Shown here in pieces: positions 1 through 12,862 of a stretch of 64,000 bases of DNA. The notes below the pieces were generated by a model. That model had not been told where the DNA came from. It ran no database searches and saw only the letters and a program-made list of their open reading frames with translations. Each line of letters begins with the position of its first letter. Position 1 is the stretch's first letter. A program made the translations under genes and the position numbers. Source of the DNA: Eledone cirrhosa (taxonomy: Eukaryota); assembly GCA_964016885.1 (NCBI GenBank), contig OZ024747.1, forward strand, positions 72,292,001 through 72,356,000, in the 5' to 3' direction.

Positions 1-14
1 TATATGTATATCTA

Positions 15-45
<31 letters not shown>

Positions 46-62
46 ATCTATATATATATATG

Positions 63-94
<32 letters not shown>

Positions 95-97
95 AAC

Positions 98-184
98 CTG
101 TTGGAGACGTAGGACATGGCAGCGATAATGAGGGACAGAGACCGCTGAAGAGAACTCGTCCATGGATCTCGGGAATTTTACCCG

Positions 185-189
<5 letters not shown>
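98..189 (+). mobile_element. RTE-clade LINE extreme 3' fragment
   Basis: Near-identical to 1148-1237 (ttggagacg..ggacatggcagcgataatga..ggatctcgggaattt..cccgcc); flanked by (TA)n. Confidence 0.75.
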
Positions 190-233
<44 letters not shown>

Positions 234-375
234 CAATACATATATATATATATATATATATAATGTAGAGTTATCCACTCATAATAATACCCTGCAATAA
301 TTAAGCTCAAAGTAAAAGAACAACGTGGTCTTGCTACCTTGTAATTCTAAACACACATTTTACTGTGTTCATTCC

Positions 376-423
<48 letters not shown>

Positions 424-520
424 CACGTATTTGGTCCATGTAGCGCTGGTCAGCATAACTAGGATATTGCGTTTCGCTTTGTTTTCGACAACAGCCGAAA
501 TCGGATCTCGCTGGAATTAC

Positions 521-554
<34 letters not shown>

Positions 555-559
<5 letters not shown>

Positions 560-778
560 GAGGTTATATTTAATTTGTTGGGATTCAACAAGCTTAAAAG
601 ACTACCCACCAAATTTCAACCGTTAAGGTTATCTTTTTTCCGGGTATGTCAATATTTATTTATAAAACAAATCTGTATTTATCTGATGAAAGCGCACCAT
701 AATTTACCTTGGTCGCCCTTGAAATATATATAATAAAATAAATATGGTATTATAAATAAAGTATCCATTTATTAATAT

Positions 779-785
<7 letters not shown>
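555..785 (+). mobile_element. PLE pseudo-LTR-derived unit, family A
   Basis: Shares the gtatgtcaatatttatttataaaa...ctgatga...gaaatatatataat...tccatttattaatat core with copies near 7150, 20320, 20480, 53250, 57825 and 62800; between (TA)n tracts. Confidence 0.75.
675..740 (+). ncRNA. Minimal type I hammerhead ribozyme (family A)
   Basis: tatttat-CTGATGA-(imperfect stem II)-GAAA-t-atat-a-TA-ataaaata; stem I closes; palindromic stem III loop. Confidence 0.7.
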
Positions 786-827
<42 letters not shown>

Positions 828-832
<5 letters not shown>

Positions 833-1245
833 GGGGCTCCCAAAGGAGCACTGAGTGCAATGTCAACTCTGGATGTCGGTGATCATGTCCAGCTAACCTC
901 AGTCTCCTCTGTGTCACTTTTGAGCTGACTTTTGGGATGCCTCCATACAGCTCTGAGTTTTTCATCCTCAGTGTATAATGATTAATGTTCAGAGCCATCC
1001 TCAGCATTCTCGTGTAGCACCCATCCACCATCTGAGTGAGTTTCTTGGTCAGTGTCCAAGTCTCAGACCCATACTTTGGGAGCCCCTACATAGAAGAGGA
1101 AGACCAAGGTTAACGTATGTTGATGCCCTAAGGACAGACACTGGTCTATTGGAGACGCAGGACATGGCAGCGATAATGAAGGACAGAGACCGCTGGAGGG
1201 AACTCGTCCATGGATCTCGGGAATTTCACCCGCCTTAGAATAGAA
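828..1245. mobile_element. 5'-inverted, truncated RTE-clade LINE
   Basis: Minus strand ~828-1073 encodes YGSETWTLTKK..RMLRMALNI..QRRLRLAGH..LLWEP; plus strand 1074-1238 continues LWEPLHRRGRPRLTYVD..DRDRWR (RTE C-terminus). Confidence 0.85.
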
Positions 1246-1446
1246 TATATATATATATATATATACAATATATTAATAAATGGAAAATATATTTCTAAAA
1301 CCATATCTATTTTATTATTTTCCATCTTGACGTAATAGTCACTTATATGTATGAATTACTTTTGGCTTCTTGCTCACATTAATTTCTCTATTTTCATTCA
1401 GAGTATATTCAGAATATATTGAGGAGCCAGAACCAAATGGGGAAAA

Positions 1447-2040
1447 ATGGTAAATAATGATACAAATGGGACCTGCCCCTTGTATAGGAGCAAATTTTGG
1501 AATAGAATAGAAAGAACTAGGAATAAGGTTAATAGAATAAACTCATGGTATGATAGCAATAAATACCAGAGTGTAATGTTCATCAATGCAACCCCTAGAG
1601 GTGAATTAGTTTACAAATTTAGAAGGGCCCTAGATAAACTTAATATTAAGATAGTAGAAAGACCAGGTACCTCCATAAAAACACTTATTAGCAATACATA
1701 CCCTTTTCAAAGACCTCCCTGTATAGATAAGAAATTCATAATCTGTAAACAAAGCCGCCATATTAACTGTAAAACTAGAAATGTAGTATATAGCATAAGA
1801 TGTACTGAAGGACAATGTAAAGATAAGAATATAGTGTACATAGGTGAGACAGCTCGTAGTATAGGGGAACGGATAAATGAATACTGGCGAGAACTTCAAG
1901 ATAAAAAAGAATCATCAATACTCCACCAACATGCTAAAATAGGACATAAGGGCAAATTAGAGACCATAGAAATAAAAATAGAATCTACACACAGAAAAGA
2001 CGCAATGTTTAGACAAATCAGAGGCAATAAACATAAATGA
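1447..2040 (+). pseudogene. PLE GIY-YIG endonuclease domain, frameshifted near the C-terminus
   Basis: VVY/YIG motifs with conserved Arg, Cys-containing linker; homolog at 63573-64000 reads RQIREA where this ORF shifts frame. Confidence 0.85.
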
Positions 2041-2302
2041 ACTCCAACCACAATTAAGTAGAAAACATGAATGGAATAGCAACATCCCAACTTACAATTA
2101 AGGATAAAATGAAAACACACATGCACATAGAACAAACAACCAACCAGTAACAACATGTCAATAAACAAATAAATAAACAAATATAAACACACACAGACAC
2201 CCGGATGTAACACACACGCAAACTAAGCACACAACAAACACAAAAACAAGATGGCGTAAGAGAGAACAAAGGAGAGGCACACAAACAAAGAAAAGAATCC
2301 TA

Positions 2303-2345
2303 GTCACTGAAGAGGTAACATAATGTGTGACGAAAGAACTTTGAC
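2303..2345 (+). ncRNA. Minimal hammerhead ribozyme (family C)
   Basis: gtca-CTGAAGA-ggtaacataatgtgtgac-GAAA-gaac-TT-tgac; weak stem II. Confidence 0.6.
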
Positions 2346-2534
2346 CATATATAAACAACCGTCCGGTTATGGACCCAACCAACCGGAAATTTATAAATTT
2401 TATTTATAATAAATTGGAGTGAAACATCTGGTGCGTGTGTTTCTTATTGGCAACATGACCCTCCCAAAGTATAACAATATCGGTTTCAACACACGTTTTC
2501 AGATAAAGAATCTTGCTAAACAAATTCAGAAACG

Positions 2535-2625
<91 letters not shown>

Positions 2626-2767
2626 CTGGTCTAGAACCGTTTGATATGACTGAAATCATCAGGAACGGCCTACTAAAGACGCTTATACCCTACCAATATA
2701 TTGAGTAACTACTTTATCTGTGGTCATCTCCATATCCCCTGCCGGAATGTACCTATAATATATTGTA

Positions 2768-2958
2768 GGGGCGGTGGATTGGCAGTATCGGTAGAGGGTC
2801 GGACACCATGCTTTGACGCATAGAGTTACGGCCCTTGCCATTATGAGTTCAAATCCCGCCGAGGTTAAATTTGCCTTTCATCCTTACGGGTTCGATAAAA
2901 TAAAGTACCAGTAATACACTGGGTAATTGTTGTCCTTGGGCCAAATGTAGAAACAATT
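2768..2958 (+). mobile_element. tRNA-derived SINE with Nin/Deu-like central domain
   Basis: A-box-like tggcagtatcgg, B-box gagttcaaatccc, core gcctttcatccttacgggttcgataaaataaagtaccag; about 20 copies or fragments in the window. Confidence 0.85.
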
Positions 2959-2964
2959 ATATAT

Positions 2965-3050
2965 TACACGGAAGGGCGAAAGCTCGAAATGTCGAACTTA
3001 CTTTCTCCTTCTTCATATAAAGCGTGAAATTAATAAGACTTTGTAACTCT
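2965..3050 (+). mobile_element. Degenerate PLE pLTR relic (family H)
   Basis: gaagggcgaaagctcGAAAtgtcgaac...aaagcgtgaaattaataa resembles the minus-strand copies at 32510-32580 and 39415-39495. Confidence 0.45.
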
Positions 3051-3057
3051 GTACATT

Positions 3058-3479
3058 CTCCTCCTCCCTTATTACCACCACCTTCAGCCACAGCAGCAAC
3101 ACCTCCTCCCTTATTACCACCACCTTCAGCCACAGCAGCAACACCTCCTCCCTTATTACCACCACCTTCTGCAACAGCAGCAACACCTCCTCCCTTATTA
3201 CCACCACCTTCAGCCACAGCAGCAACACCTCCTCCCTTATTATCACCACCTTCAGCCACAGCAGCAACACCTCCTCCCTTATTATCACCACCTTCAGCCA
3301 CAGCAGCAACACCTCCTCCCTTATTATCACCACCTTCAGCCACAGCAGCAACACCTCCTCCCTTATTATCACCACCTTCAGCCACAGCAGCAACACCTCC
3401 TCCCTTATTATCACCACCTTCAGCCACAGCAGCAACACCTCCTCCCTTATTAACACCACCTTCAGCAACAGCAGCAACA
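3058..3479. repeat. 42-bp minisatellite, ~10 copies
   Basis: Unit cctcctcccttattaycaccaccttcagccacagcagcaaca. Confidence 0.95.
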
Positions 3480-3859
3480 TACATATATTATATTCTGATC
3501 AGATTTTCACTCAATTCCCCCCCCCCCCCCCCCCCCCCCTTCCGTCAACGTCCGGGCTCCTCAACGTTTTTTGTTGAAGTTGTTGTTGCCGTTCTCCCCT
3601 TCCTCCTCCTCCTTCTTCTTCTTCTTCTTCTTTTTCTTCTATTTTCACCTTTCTTTTACTTCCCGTTATCCCCCTCCTCTCCCACTGCTCCCCTACACCC
3701 CTCCTCTTCCCTATCCCTGCCCCCACTCCCCTATACTCACCCCCCTCTTATCAACCTGTAACAATATCCATTCTATGAAATATTTATTTAGATTTAGTAA
3801 CAAGATGTGTCACCCTGATAACGTGACATTGTGATATCAAAATGTCATCTTTAGCATTA

Positions 3860-4176
3860 ACACCACCACCTCCTCCTCCTCCTCCTCCTCCTCCTCCTCC
3901 TCCTCCTCCTCCTCCTCCTCCTCCTCCCCCACCACCTACTTTTCTCTTACCACCACTACTACCACCGCCACTACCAATACGTTCACTACCACCACCACCA
4001 CCACCACCTCCACTACCACCAACGCCAACATCGCTCCCTCCACTACCACCAACACCTCCACCACCATCTCCACTACAACTACCAACACCACCAACACCAC
4101 CAACACCTCCACTACCACCAACACCTCCACAATCGCCACCAACACCTCAACCACCACCATCAGCACCACCACCACC
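3860..4176. repeat. (CCT)n/(CCA)n low-complexity tract
   Basis: Directly visible. Confidence 0.9.
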
Positions 4177-4186
4177 GTGCTGATGG

Positions 4187-5364
4187 AGGTGGTCCTAGAA
4201 CCAAGGACACGAGAGTACTCCACTGCTACGGGTAACCAACTCTGTGCCGATGGTGGTGAGCAGGAAGGTGGTCCTAGGACCAAGGACACGAGAGTTCTCC
4301 ACTGCTACGGGTAACCAACTCTGTGCCGATGGTGGTGAGCAGGAAGGTGGTTCTAGGACCAAGGACACGAGAGTTCTCCACTGCTACTGGTAACCAACTC
4401 TGCGCCGATGGTGGTGAGCAGAAAGGTGGTCCTAGGACCAAGGACACGAGAGTACTCCACTGCTACGGGTAACCAACTCTGTGCCGATGGTGGTGAGCAG
4501 GAAGGTGGTCCTAGGACCAAGGACACGAGAGTTCTCCACTGCTACGGGTAGCCAACTCCGTGCCGATGGTGGTGAGCAGGAAGGTGGTCCTAGGACCAAG
4601 GACACGAGAGTTCTCCACTGCTACGGGTAGTCCACTCTAGGCCGATGGTGGTGAGCAGGAAGGTGGTCCTAGGACCACGGACACGAGAGATCTCCACTGC
4701 TACGGGTAGTCCACTCTAGGCCGATGGTGGTGAGCAGGAAGGTGGTCCTAGGACCACGGACACGAGAGATCTCCACTGCTACGAGTAGCCAACTCTGTGC
4801 CGATGGTGGTGAGCAGGAAGGTGGTCCTAGGACCAAGGACACGAGAGTTCTCCACTGCTACGGGTAGCCAATTATGTGCCGATGGTGGTGAGCAGGAAGG
4901 TGGTCCTAGGACCAAGGACACGAGAGATCTCCACTGCTACGGGTAGCCAACTCTGTGCCGATGGTGGTGAGCAGGAAGGTGGTCCTAGGACCAAGGACAC
5001 GAGAGATCTCCACTGCTACGGGTAGCCAACTCCGTGCCGATGGTGGTGAGCAGGAAGGTGGTCCTAGGACCAAGGACACGAGAGTTCTCCACTGCTACGG
5101 GTAGTCCACTCTAGGCCGATGGTGGTGAGCAGGAAGGTTGTCCTAGGACACGAGTGTTCTCCACCGCTACGGGTAGCCAACTCTGTGCGGATGGTGGTGA
5201 GCAGGAAGGTGGTCCTAGGACCAAGGACACGAGAGTTCTCCACCGCTAGGGGTAGCCAACTCTAGGCCGATGGTGGTGAGCAGGAAGGTGGTCCTAGGAC
5301 CAAGGACACGAGAGTTCTCCACCGCTAGGGGTAGCCAACTCTAGGCCGATGGTGGTGAGCAGGA
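4187..5364. repeat. 79-bp GC-rich minisatellite, ~15 copies
   Basis: Unit ccgatggtggtgagcaggaaggtggtcctaggaccaaggacacgagagttctccactgctacgggtaaccaactctgtg; starts at 4247, 4326 and onward. Confidence 0.95.
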
Positions 5365-5381
5365 AATTTTTTTATTATTAC

Positions 5382-5412
<31 letters not shown>

Positions 5413-5467
5413 CATATACTGTAGCGATTGTGTTGTTATTTCTGTTCACCTTTTATATACATATATA

Positions 5468-5701
5468 TGTATCGTCTTCCTGTCTTCCTCCGGTTGCAAC
5501 GTTTTTTGAAATATACACTTCTGCGTTTACAGATTGACTTTTTAGTTTCAGAAGATCCCGTTAAGGGGGAAAGCAGCGATTCTTTGCTTAAACTTTAATC
5601 TGTTATTTTAATAAATATTTGCTCTACGGTTCTTATATATTTGATATATATTTATCCTTATCGAGCCCTCTTTGGATTTTAGTCTTCAAATTTATTATTA
5701 T

Positions 5702-5705
<4 letters not shown>
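5468..5705 (+). mobile_element. Interspersed (TA)n-associated unit, family L (probable PLE pLTR)
   Basis: Same sequence at 18957-19325 and 25392-25622; HHR-like CAGAAGA-tcccgttaaggg-GAAA core. Confidence 0.6.
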
Positions 5706-5763
<58 letters not shown>

Positions 5764-5777
5764 GTATGTATATATAT

Positions 5778-6776
5778 ATATTTTCTTTAGGTTGTTTTGT
5801 AAGCCTCAACAATGCAGATGGGTAATGCTCCGGGTAACAAGATCCGGTGGTGAAGAGAGATATGTAAGTCAATGTAGAATGAGATGTATAGTGTGAAGAA
5901 GAACGTAGGAAAGAGCGTAAAAAATAAAAATAATAACACGAGATAGAGTTACCTTGGGAGAGATTTAATTGTTCCTATATATTTCGGATTCACATCCATC
6001 AACTGGGGGGTATTTCCGGGGGCACATCAATACCAGGGCCTCGTCTTTCCGGAAACACATAACCAAATGCGGAATGCCCATTGTCAAAGTTCTAGCGACG
6101 GAAAGAAACGTCGGCACATTACGAATCAAGGAAGCACTTTGGATCAAACGCCTAGGGCCACAAATAAATAACCGATCCGAGAGAAGCGAAATGAGGTGGT
6201 TGGTTTAACGAGGCAATAACACACGCACACACACACACACACACACACAGTAGCATTCACCAAACAGACAGGGAACACTACCTCCACCACACACTATTCA
6301 ACACTGTTAATACAGAAACCAACACGGGCAGATAATACAATGGACTGACAGCTAACGTCACCCCACTCCCACAATTAAAAAACTATCTCTGCCGCCGACC
6401 TCTTCCTGCCGACCCCATTTCACGCGCGCGCGCGCTCTGCTGCATACCTCAGATATTCAAAACAACGAACAGCGGAGGACACGTTTCGCACCTATCCGGC
6501 AGATACCCCCCCCCCCCCCCCCCCCCCCACCACCACACAAAAAAACCCCCAATTGATGGATGTGAATCCGAAATATATAGGGACAATTAAATCTCCCCCA
6601 AGGTAACTCTATCTCGTGTTATTATTTTTATATTTTACGCTCTTTCCTACGTTCTTCTACACACTATACATCTCACTCTACATTCATTTACATCACCCTC
6701 TTCACCACCGGATCTTGTTACCCGGAGAATTACCCTTCTGCATTGTTGGGGCTTCCAAAACGACCTAAAGAAAATA
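5778..6776 (+). mobile_element. Truncated PLE with inverted pLTR: inverted pLTR, GIY-YIG C-terminus, UTR, pLTR
   Basis: 5778-6010 is the reverse complement of ~6545-6776; internal SSFRKHITKC..VKVLATERNVGTLRIKEALWIKRLGPQIN; HHR relic (ggat-gtga-atcc-GAAA-tatata) in both arms. Confidence 0.85.
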
Positions 6777-6821
6777 TATCTTATTATTCCACAATGCTTC
6801 AAGCAAACTTCAATACTCTCT

Positions 6822-6884
<63 letters not shown>

Positions 6885-7074
6885 ATACATATAAATATGA
6901 TTATATATGTATACATGTGCATGTATATTTATATATATATATATATATATACATATACATGCATATGTATACATATATAATCATATTTATATGTATACAC
7001 ACACAGACAGACCTATATCTATATCTCTATATATATATATAAACATACACATATACATATATATAATATATATA

Positions 7075-7149
<75 letters not shown>

Positions 7150-7151
<2 letters not shown>

Positions 7152-8765
7152 GATAATAATAATGGAAACTATATTTATAAAGCCATATTTATTCTATTAT
7201 ATATATTTCAAGGGTACCAAAACTTTGGTACGCTCTCATCAGATAAAATACAAAGTTTGTTTTATAAATATTGACATATCCAGGAAAAAGATCTTAACGG
7301 TTCAAGTTTTTCCTGGATAGTAAAAGGAAAGAAGAGAAAGAGAAGAAATGTCAAATATTTCAAATTATTAAAATGAGTATGCAAATGAGGTTAAGGTATA
7401 GGGCTGAAAAAAACGTTATTTTTAGACGCTAGATAGATTTAAATAATTATTAGGATATATGTATGTGTAAAGAGAAAGAAAGAAAAGCTTTTATTTACGT
7501 GAATTTAAAAAGAATTAACAATTTGTAGGAATGGTGGAATATGATTCCAGAATTAAAAAAAATTATTTAGCTATATTATGAGTTATAATATTGTATATAT
7601 AATCAATTAGATTATATGAAGAATTATGGTTGTAAGTATATTTTATGTTATTACATTACAACAGGTTGTAAGTATATAAATATCTATATAGATTAATAAT
7701 TGTGCAAGTATAAGTATTATTGGTGATTTTATAGAAATAAACCACACGTATTAATAATTGTTTATATTTCTCATATGAGTTACCAAGTATGTTGATTTTG
7801 CATTTTACATAAATATTTAAGAAAAAGTCGTAGTTCAAGTTGTAAGAGGAGAACAATTTGTAGATTCAAATATTTTGTTCCAACATTTAAAATATTTTCA
7901 GAATATTGTTAATTTAGCGAAATTATATAATTTATCATACAAGTTATCATGTCTATGTTTGCTCAATTGTAAAGCAAAACATAACTCCAATATTATTTGC
8001 TAACCATTAAATTTGATGAATGATTTACTTAGAGATGAATGATTTATTTATGTAGAGAAAATTATATATTATTTTGTGTGAGATTTATATTAAATGTTTT
8101 TCAAGGATGAGAATTTCAATTACATATTATTTACGTCGAAAGAAGTGTGAAAAGTTTGTAGATTAAAAAGAGGAAAAAATGTATTATTAGATAAGACAAG
8201 AGTGCATCGAAGAGCTATCGTAAAGAGGATATCTTTCAGAATATCCATTAAAGAGTATCGATCTACATCTACAAAATAGATTAAGAAGAGTATCATAAGG
8301 AAAAGAATATCAAATGGTAATAATACTAAATTTAAGAAGGAACATCATTTAAAAAATGTTTAATTTTTAAAGAAAAACGCAGTAAATAATAGGATCATTT
8401 TAAAGGTGCATAAGATATAGTAAAGTGTAGTGAATATCATAGATTAAAAATACTTCGGAAAGTGGAATTTTGGCGATGTCTGCAAGCAGAAAATAATTCG
8501 GTTTTTAAATTAATAGAGTTTTGACAGTTAATTATATAAAAGATTTCCCCGATACACAAATGACAGATTCTTGAGAAAGCCATATTTCAGTATGCAGGTG
8601 CTTTCGAAATCATTCCCCAAGATATTGAATAGTCTATATTGTTGTCTTTTAAATTCCAAATTGGATGTGAAAGTGAAGTGGAAGATTTTTTATCGGACCT
8701 ATTAAATTTATGTTTGTGGTTGTACCAGCGTTTGTGTTTGTACCACCAATATAGTTAAATATTTT
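7150..8765 (-). mobile_element. Degenerate PLE 3' end: GIY-YIG domain (~8460-8760), long AT-rich 3' region and family A pLTR
   Basis: Minus strand reads NYIGGT../KRWYNHKHKF..STSLSHPIWNLKDNNIDYSISWGMISKA..CHLCIGEIFYII..NLKTELFSACRH, with frameshifts and stops. Confidence 0.8.
7190..7250 (-). ncRNA. Minimal hammerhead ribozyme (family A)
   Basis: Reverse complement: tattttat-CTGATGA-gagcgtaccaaagttttggtaccctt-GAAA-tatata-TA-atagaata. Confidence 0.8.
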
Positions 8766-8771
8766 GTCTCT

Positions 8772-8945
8772 AGTATCCGTAGAGGGTCGGACGCCATGCT
8801 TTCCAGCATAGTTACGTCCCTTTACGATCTGAGTTCAAATCCCGCCGAGGTTGACTTTGCCTTTCATCCTTACGGGGTCGATAAAATAAAGTACCAGTAA
8901 TGCACTGGGTAATTGCTGGCGTTGTGCCTAAAGTAGAAACAATTA
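8772..8945 (+). mobile_element. Nin-type tRNA SINE copy
   Basis: Matches the 2768-2958 family. Confidence 0.85.
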
Positions 8946-9184
8946 CTTTATTCCTTTATCATTTACTTTTCCTTATTCTCTTAATATTACTACTACTTTT
9001 AATGTACCCCATCTTAGATTTTACATGTCACTTCATACATCTGTATCTTCTCTGTTTATTTACCATGCGTGTTTTATTATTGAGGTTATTGTTTTAATTA
9101 TTCGCTATTTAGCTATTTTGTTACTGATGTTATTGTTTTGGTTTTACGCCACTCCTCTATAAAAGCCATTATTTTCATATCCTC

Positions 9185-9295
9185 TGGCTCTGATGTGTTG
9201 ACTGGTTGTAAACAAGGTATTGGAGATCGATTGACGCAGCATCAAGCGATTAGCGAACTCTAGACGCACCAGATCAACGAAACAATTGTCACCAC
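9185..9295 (+). ncRNA. Hammerhead-like motif with long stem II
   Basis: CTGATGT-gttgactggt...accagatcaac-GAAA-c-aatt-g-TC; core variant and weak stem I. Confidence 0.45.
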
Positions 9296-9344
9296 TTTGA
9301 ATAAAACCGTTATTGTACAGCCAACCATGTTACTCTTCTTTCTT

Positions 9345-9398
<54 letters not shown>

Positions 9399-9489
9399 CA
9401 TATATATACAACGAGGGAAATACATGGAGAAAGATAATGAAAGAGAAAAGAGAAAGAAATCGTCAAAAGATGAACAAGGAAGACACCCA

Positions 9490-10998
9490 GACGACGACGA
9501 CCAGCACCACCACCACTACCATCACCTCCATCAACACCACCAATACCACCACTACCTTCAACACCACCACCAACACCACCACCACTTCCATCACCACCAT
9601 CAACACCACCAACACCACCACTACATTCAACACCACCACCACCAACACCACCACCACTTCCATCACCTCCATCAACACCATCAACACCACCACCAACAAT
9701 TACATCAACACAACCAACACCACCATCATCACCACCAACACCACAACCACTAACAAAACCTCCATCAACACCACCAACACCACTAACAACAATAACAACA
9801 ATATCAACAGCACAAACACCACCACTACTACCACCAACACCACCACTACTACCAGCAACACCACCACTACTACCACCAACACCACCACTACTACCAGCAA
9901 CACCACCACTACTACCACAAACACCACCACTACTACCACCAACACCACCACTACTACCACCAACACCACCACTACTACCACCAACACCACCACTACTACC
10001 ACCAACACCACCACTACTACCAGCAACACCACCACTACTACCACCAACACCACCACTACTACCAGCAACACCACCACTACTACCACCAACACCACCACTA
10101 CTACCAGCAACACCACCACTACCACCACCAACACCACCACTACTACCACCAACACCACCACTACTACCACCAACACCACCACTACTACCACCAACACCAC
10201 CACTACTACCACCAACACCACCACTACTACCAGCAACACCACCACTACTACCACCAACACCACCACTACTACCAGCAACACCACCACTACTACCAGCAAC
10301 ACCACCACTACCACCACCAACACCACCACTATTACCACCAACACCACCACTACTACCAGCAACACCACCACTACTACCACCAACACCACCACTACTACCA
10401 GCAACACCACCACTACCACCACCAACACCACCACTACTACCACCAACACCACCACTACCACCACCAACACCACCACTACTACCAGCAACACCACCACTAC
10501 TACCAGCAACACCACCACTACTACCACCAACACCACCACTACTACCAGCAACACCACCACTACTACCACCAACACCACCACTACTACCAGCAACACCACC
10601 ACTACTACCACCAACACCACCACTACTACCACCAACGCCACCACTACTACCACCAACACCACCACTACTACCAGCAACACCACCACTACTACCACCAACA
10701 CCACCACTACTACCACCAACACCACCACTACTACCACCAACACCACCACTACTACCAGCAACACCACCACTACTACCAGCAACACCACCACTACTACCAG
10801 CAACACCACCACTACCACCACCAACACCACCACTACTACCAGCAACACCACCACTACTACCAGCAACACCACCACTACCACCACCAACACCACCACTACT
10901 ACCACCAACGCCACCACTACTACCACCAACACCACCACCACTACCACCAACACCACCAACACCACCAACACCACTAACAACAATAACAACAACATCAA
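9490..10998. repeat. ACC/ACT-rich 21-bp periodic minisatellite
   Basis: Unit acc(a/g)caacaccaccactact-like; open in several frames on both strands. Confidence 0.95.
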
Positions 10999-11082
10999 CC
11001 CACCCGTTTTGCTTTAAAACATTTATAAGAAGAATAAGAAACAAGAAAGGGCAATTAATATATATTCTCTTTAAAATAAAGG

Positions 11083-11101
11083 ACACACACACACAGATAG
11101 C

Positions 11102-11143
<42 letters not shown>

Positions 11144-11293
11144 TAGCAACACACACACACACACAGATAGCAACACACAGATAGCAACACACACACACAC
11201 ACAGATAGCAACACACACACACACAGATAGCAACACACACACACACACACACACACAGATAGCAACACACACACACACACACACACAGATAGC

Positions 11294-11327
<34 letters not shown>

Positions 11328-11408
11328 TAGCAACACACACACACACACAGATAGCAACACACACACACACAGATAGCAACACACACACACACACACACAC
11401 AGATAGCA

Positions 11409-11439
<31 letters not shown>

Positions 11440-12403
11440 TAGCAACACACACACACACACAGATAGCAACACACAGATAGCAACACACACACACACACAG
11501 ATAGCAACACACACACACACACACAGATAGCAATACACACACACACACACACACAGATAGCAACACCAACACACACACCCACATACACACAGATAGCAAC
11601 ACCAACACACACACACACACAGATAGCAACACCAACACACACAGATAGCAACACCAACACACACACACAGATAGCAACACCAACATACACACAGATAGCA
11701 ACACCAACATACACACACAGATAGCAACACCAACACACACACACATATAGCAACACCAACATACACACACACAGATAGCAACACCAACACACACACACAC
11801 AGATAGCAACACCAACACACACACACACACAGATAGCAACACCAACATACACACACACACAGATAGCAACACCAACACACACACAGATAGCAACACCAAC
11901 ACACACACACACGGATAGCAACACCAACATACACACAGATAGCAACACCAACATACAAGCACACACACAGATAGCAACACCAACATACAAACACACACAC
12001 AGATAGCAACACCAACACACACACAGATAGAAACACCAACACACACACACACAGATAGCAACACCAACAGACACACACACACAGATAGCAACACCAACAC
12101 ACACACGCATACACACAGATAGCAACACCAACATACACACACACATATATACACACACACAGAGATAGCAACACCAACATACAAACACACACACAGATAG
12201 CAACACCAACACACACACACATACACACAGATAGCAACACCAACACACACACACACAGATAGCAACACCAACACACACACACACATAGCAACACCAACAC
12301 ACACACACATACACATAGATAGCAACACCAACATACACACACACACGCATATAGCAACATACACAGGGACACCAACATACACACAAGCACACAGCAACAC
12401 CAC

Positions 12404-12434
<31 letters not shown>

Positions 12435-12440
12435 TAGCAA
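11083..12440. repeat. Compound (CA)n array punctuated by GATAGCAA(CAC)
   Basis: Directly visible. Confidence 0.95.
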
Positions 12441-12514
12441 CGCCAGCATACACAGACACAAGCGCGCGCGCATATATATATATATAAATACACACGTACA
12501 CAAATATATTTAAA

Positions 12515-12696
12515 GATAGAGAGAGCGAGAGGGGGAGTGGAAGTAGATAGAGATAGAGTGAGAGAACGAGAGAAAGAGAACTAGAGCAGTATAGAGAGAG
12601 AGGGAGAGAGAAAGATGGAGAGAAGGGGACAGGGAAAGGGTGATAGAGAGAGAGATAGATGGAGAGGAAGAGAGATAGAGAGAGAGGGGGGAGATG

Positions 12697-12728
<32 letters not shown>

Positions 12729-12790
12729 AAGATAAAGAGAGGTGGAGAGGGAAAGAGTGAAAGAGAGATATATAGAGAGAGATGATAGAG

Positions 12791-12862
<72 letters not shown>

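Larger units (their letters stand above)
1425..2535 (+). mobile_element. 5'-truncated Penelope-like element (family C): linker, GIY-YIG endonuclease, 3' UTR and pLTR
   Basis: ORF 1447-2040 has CKTRNVVYSIRC..C..YIGETARSIGERINE..HQHA..H..RQIR; HHR at 2303-2345; 3' end homologous to 40615-40712 and 62690-62731. Confidence 0.9.

Noticed and set aside
2768-2860. tRNA genes at SINE heads
   Set aside because: A/B boxes only, no cloverleaf, always fused to the SINE body
2957-3761. Pro/Ala-rich or Gly-rich repeat protein ORFs
   Set aside because: A 42-bp minisatellite open in three frames; no flanking coding signal
4187-5364. CRISPR-like regular array
   Set aside because: Head-to-tail 79-bp units with no unique spacers, no cas genes, eukaryotic context
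9344-12503. Long ORFs (1049, 526, 482, 476 and 432 aa) resembling mucin, Gly-rich or Cys/Val-rich proteins
   Set aside because: They span several unrelated simple repeats and are open in multiple frames on both strands; repeat artefacts, although a Thr-rich exon cannot be strictly excluded
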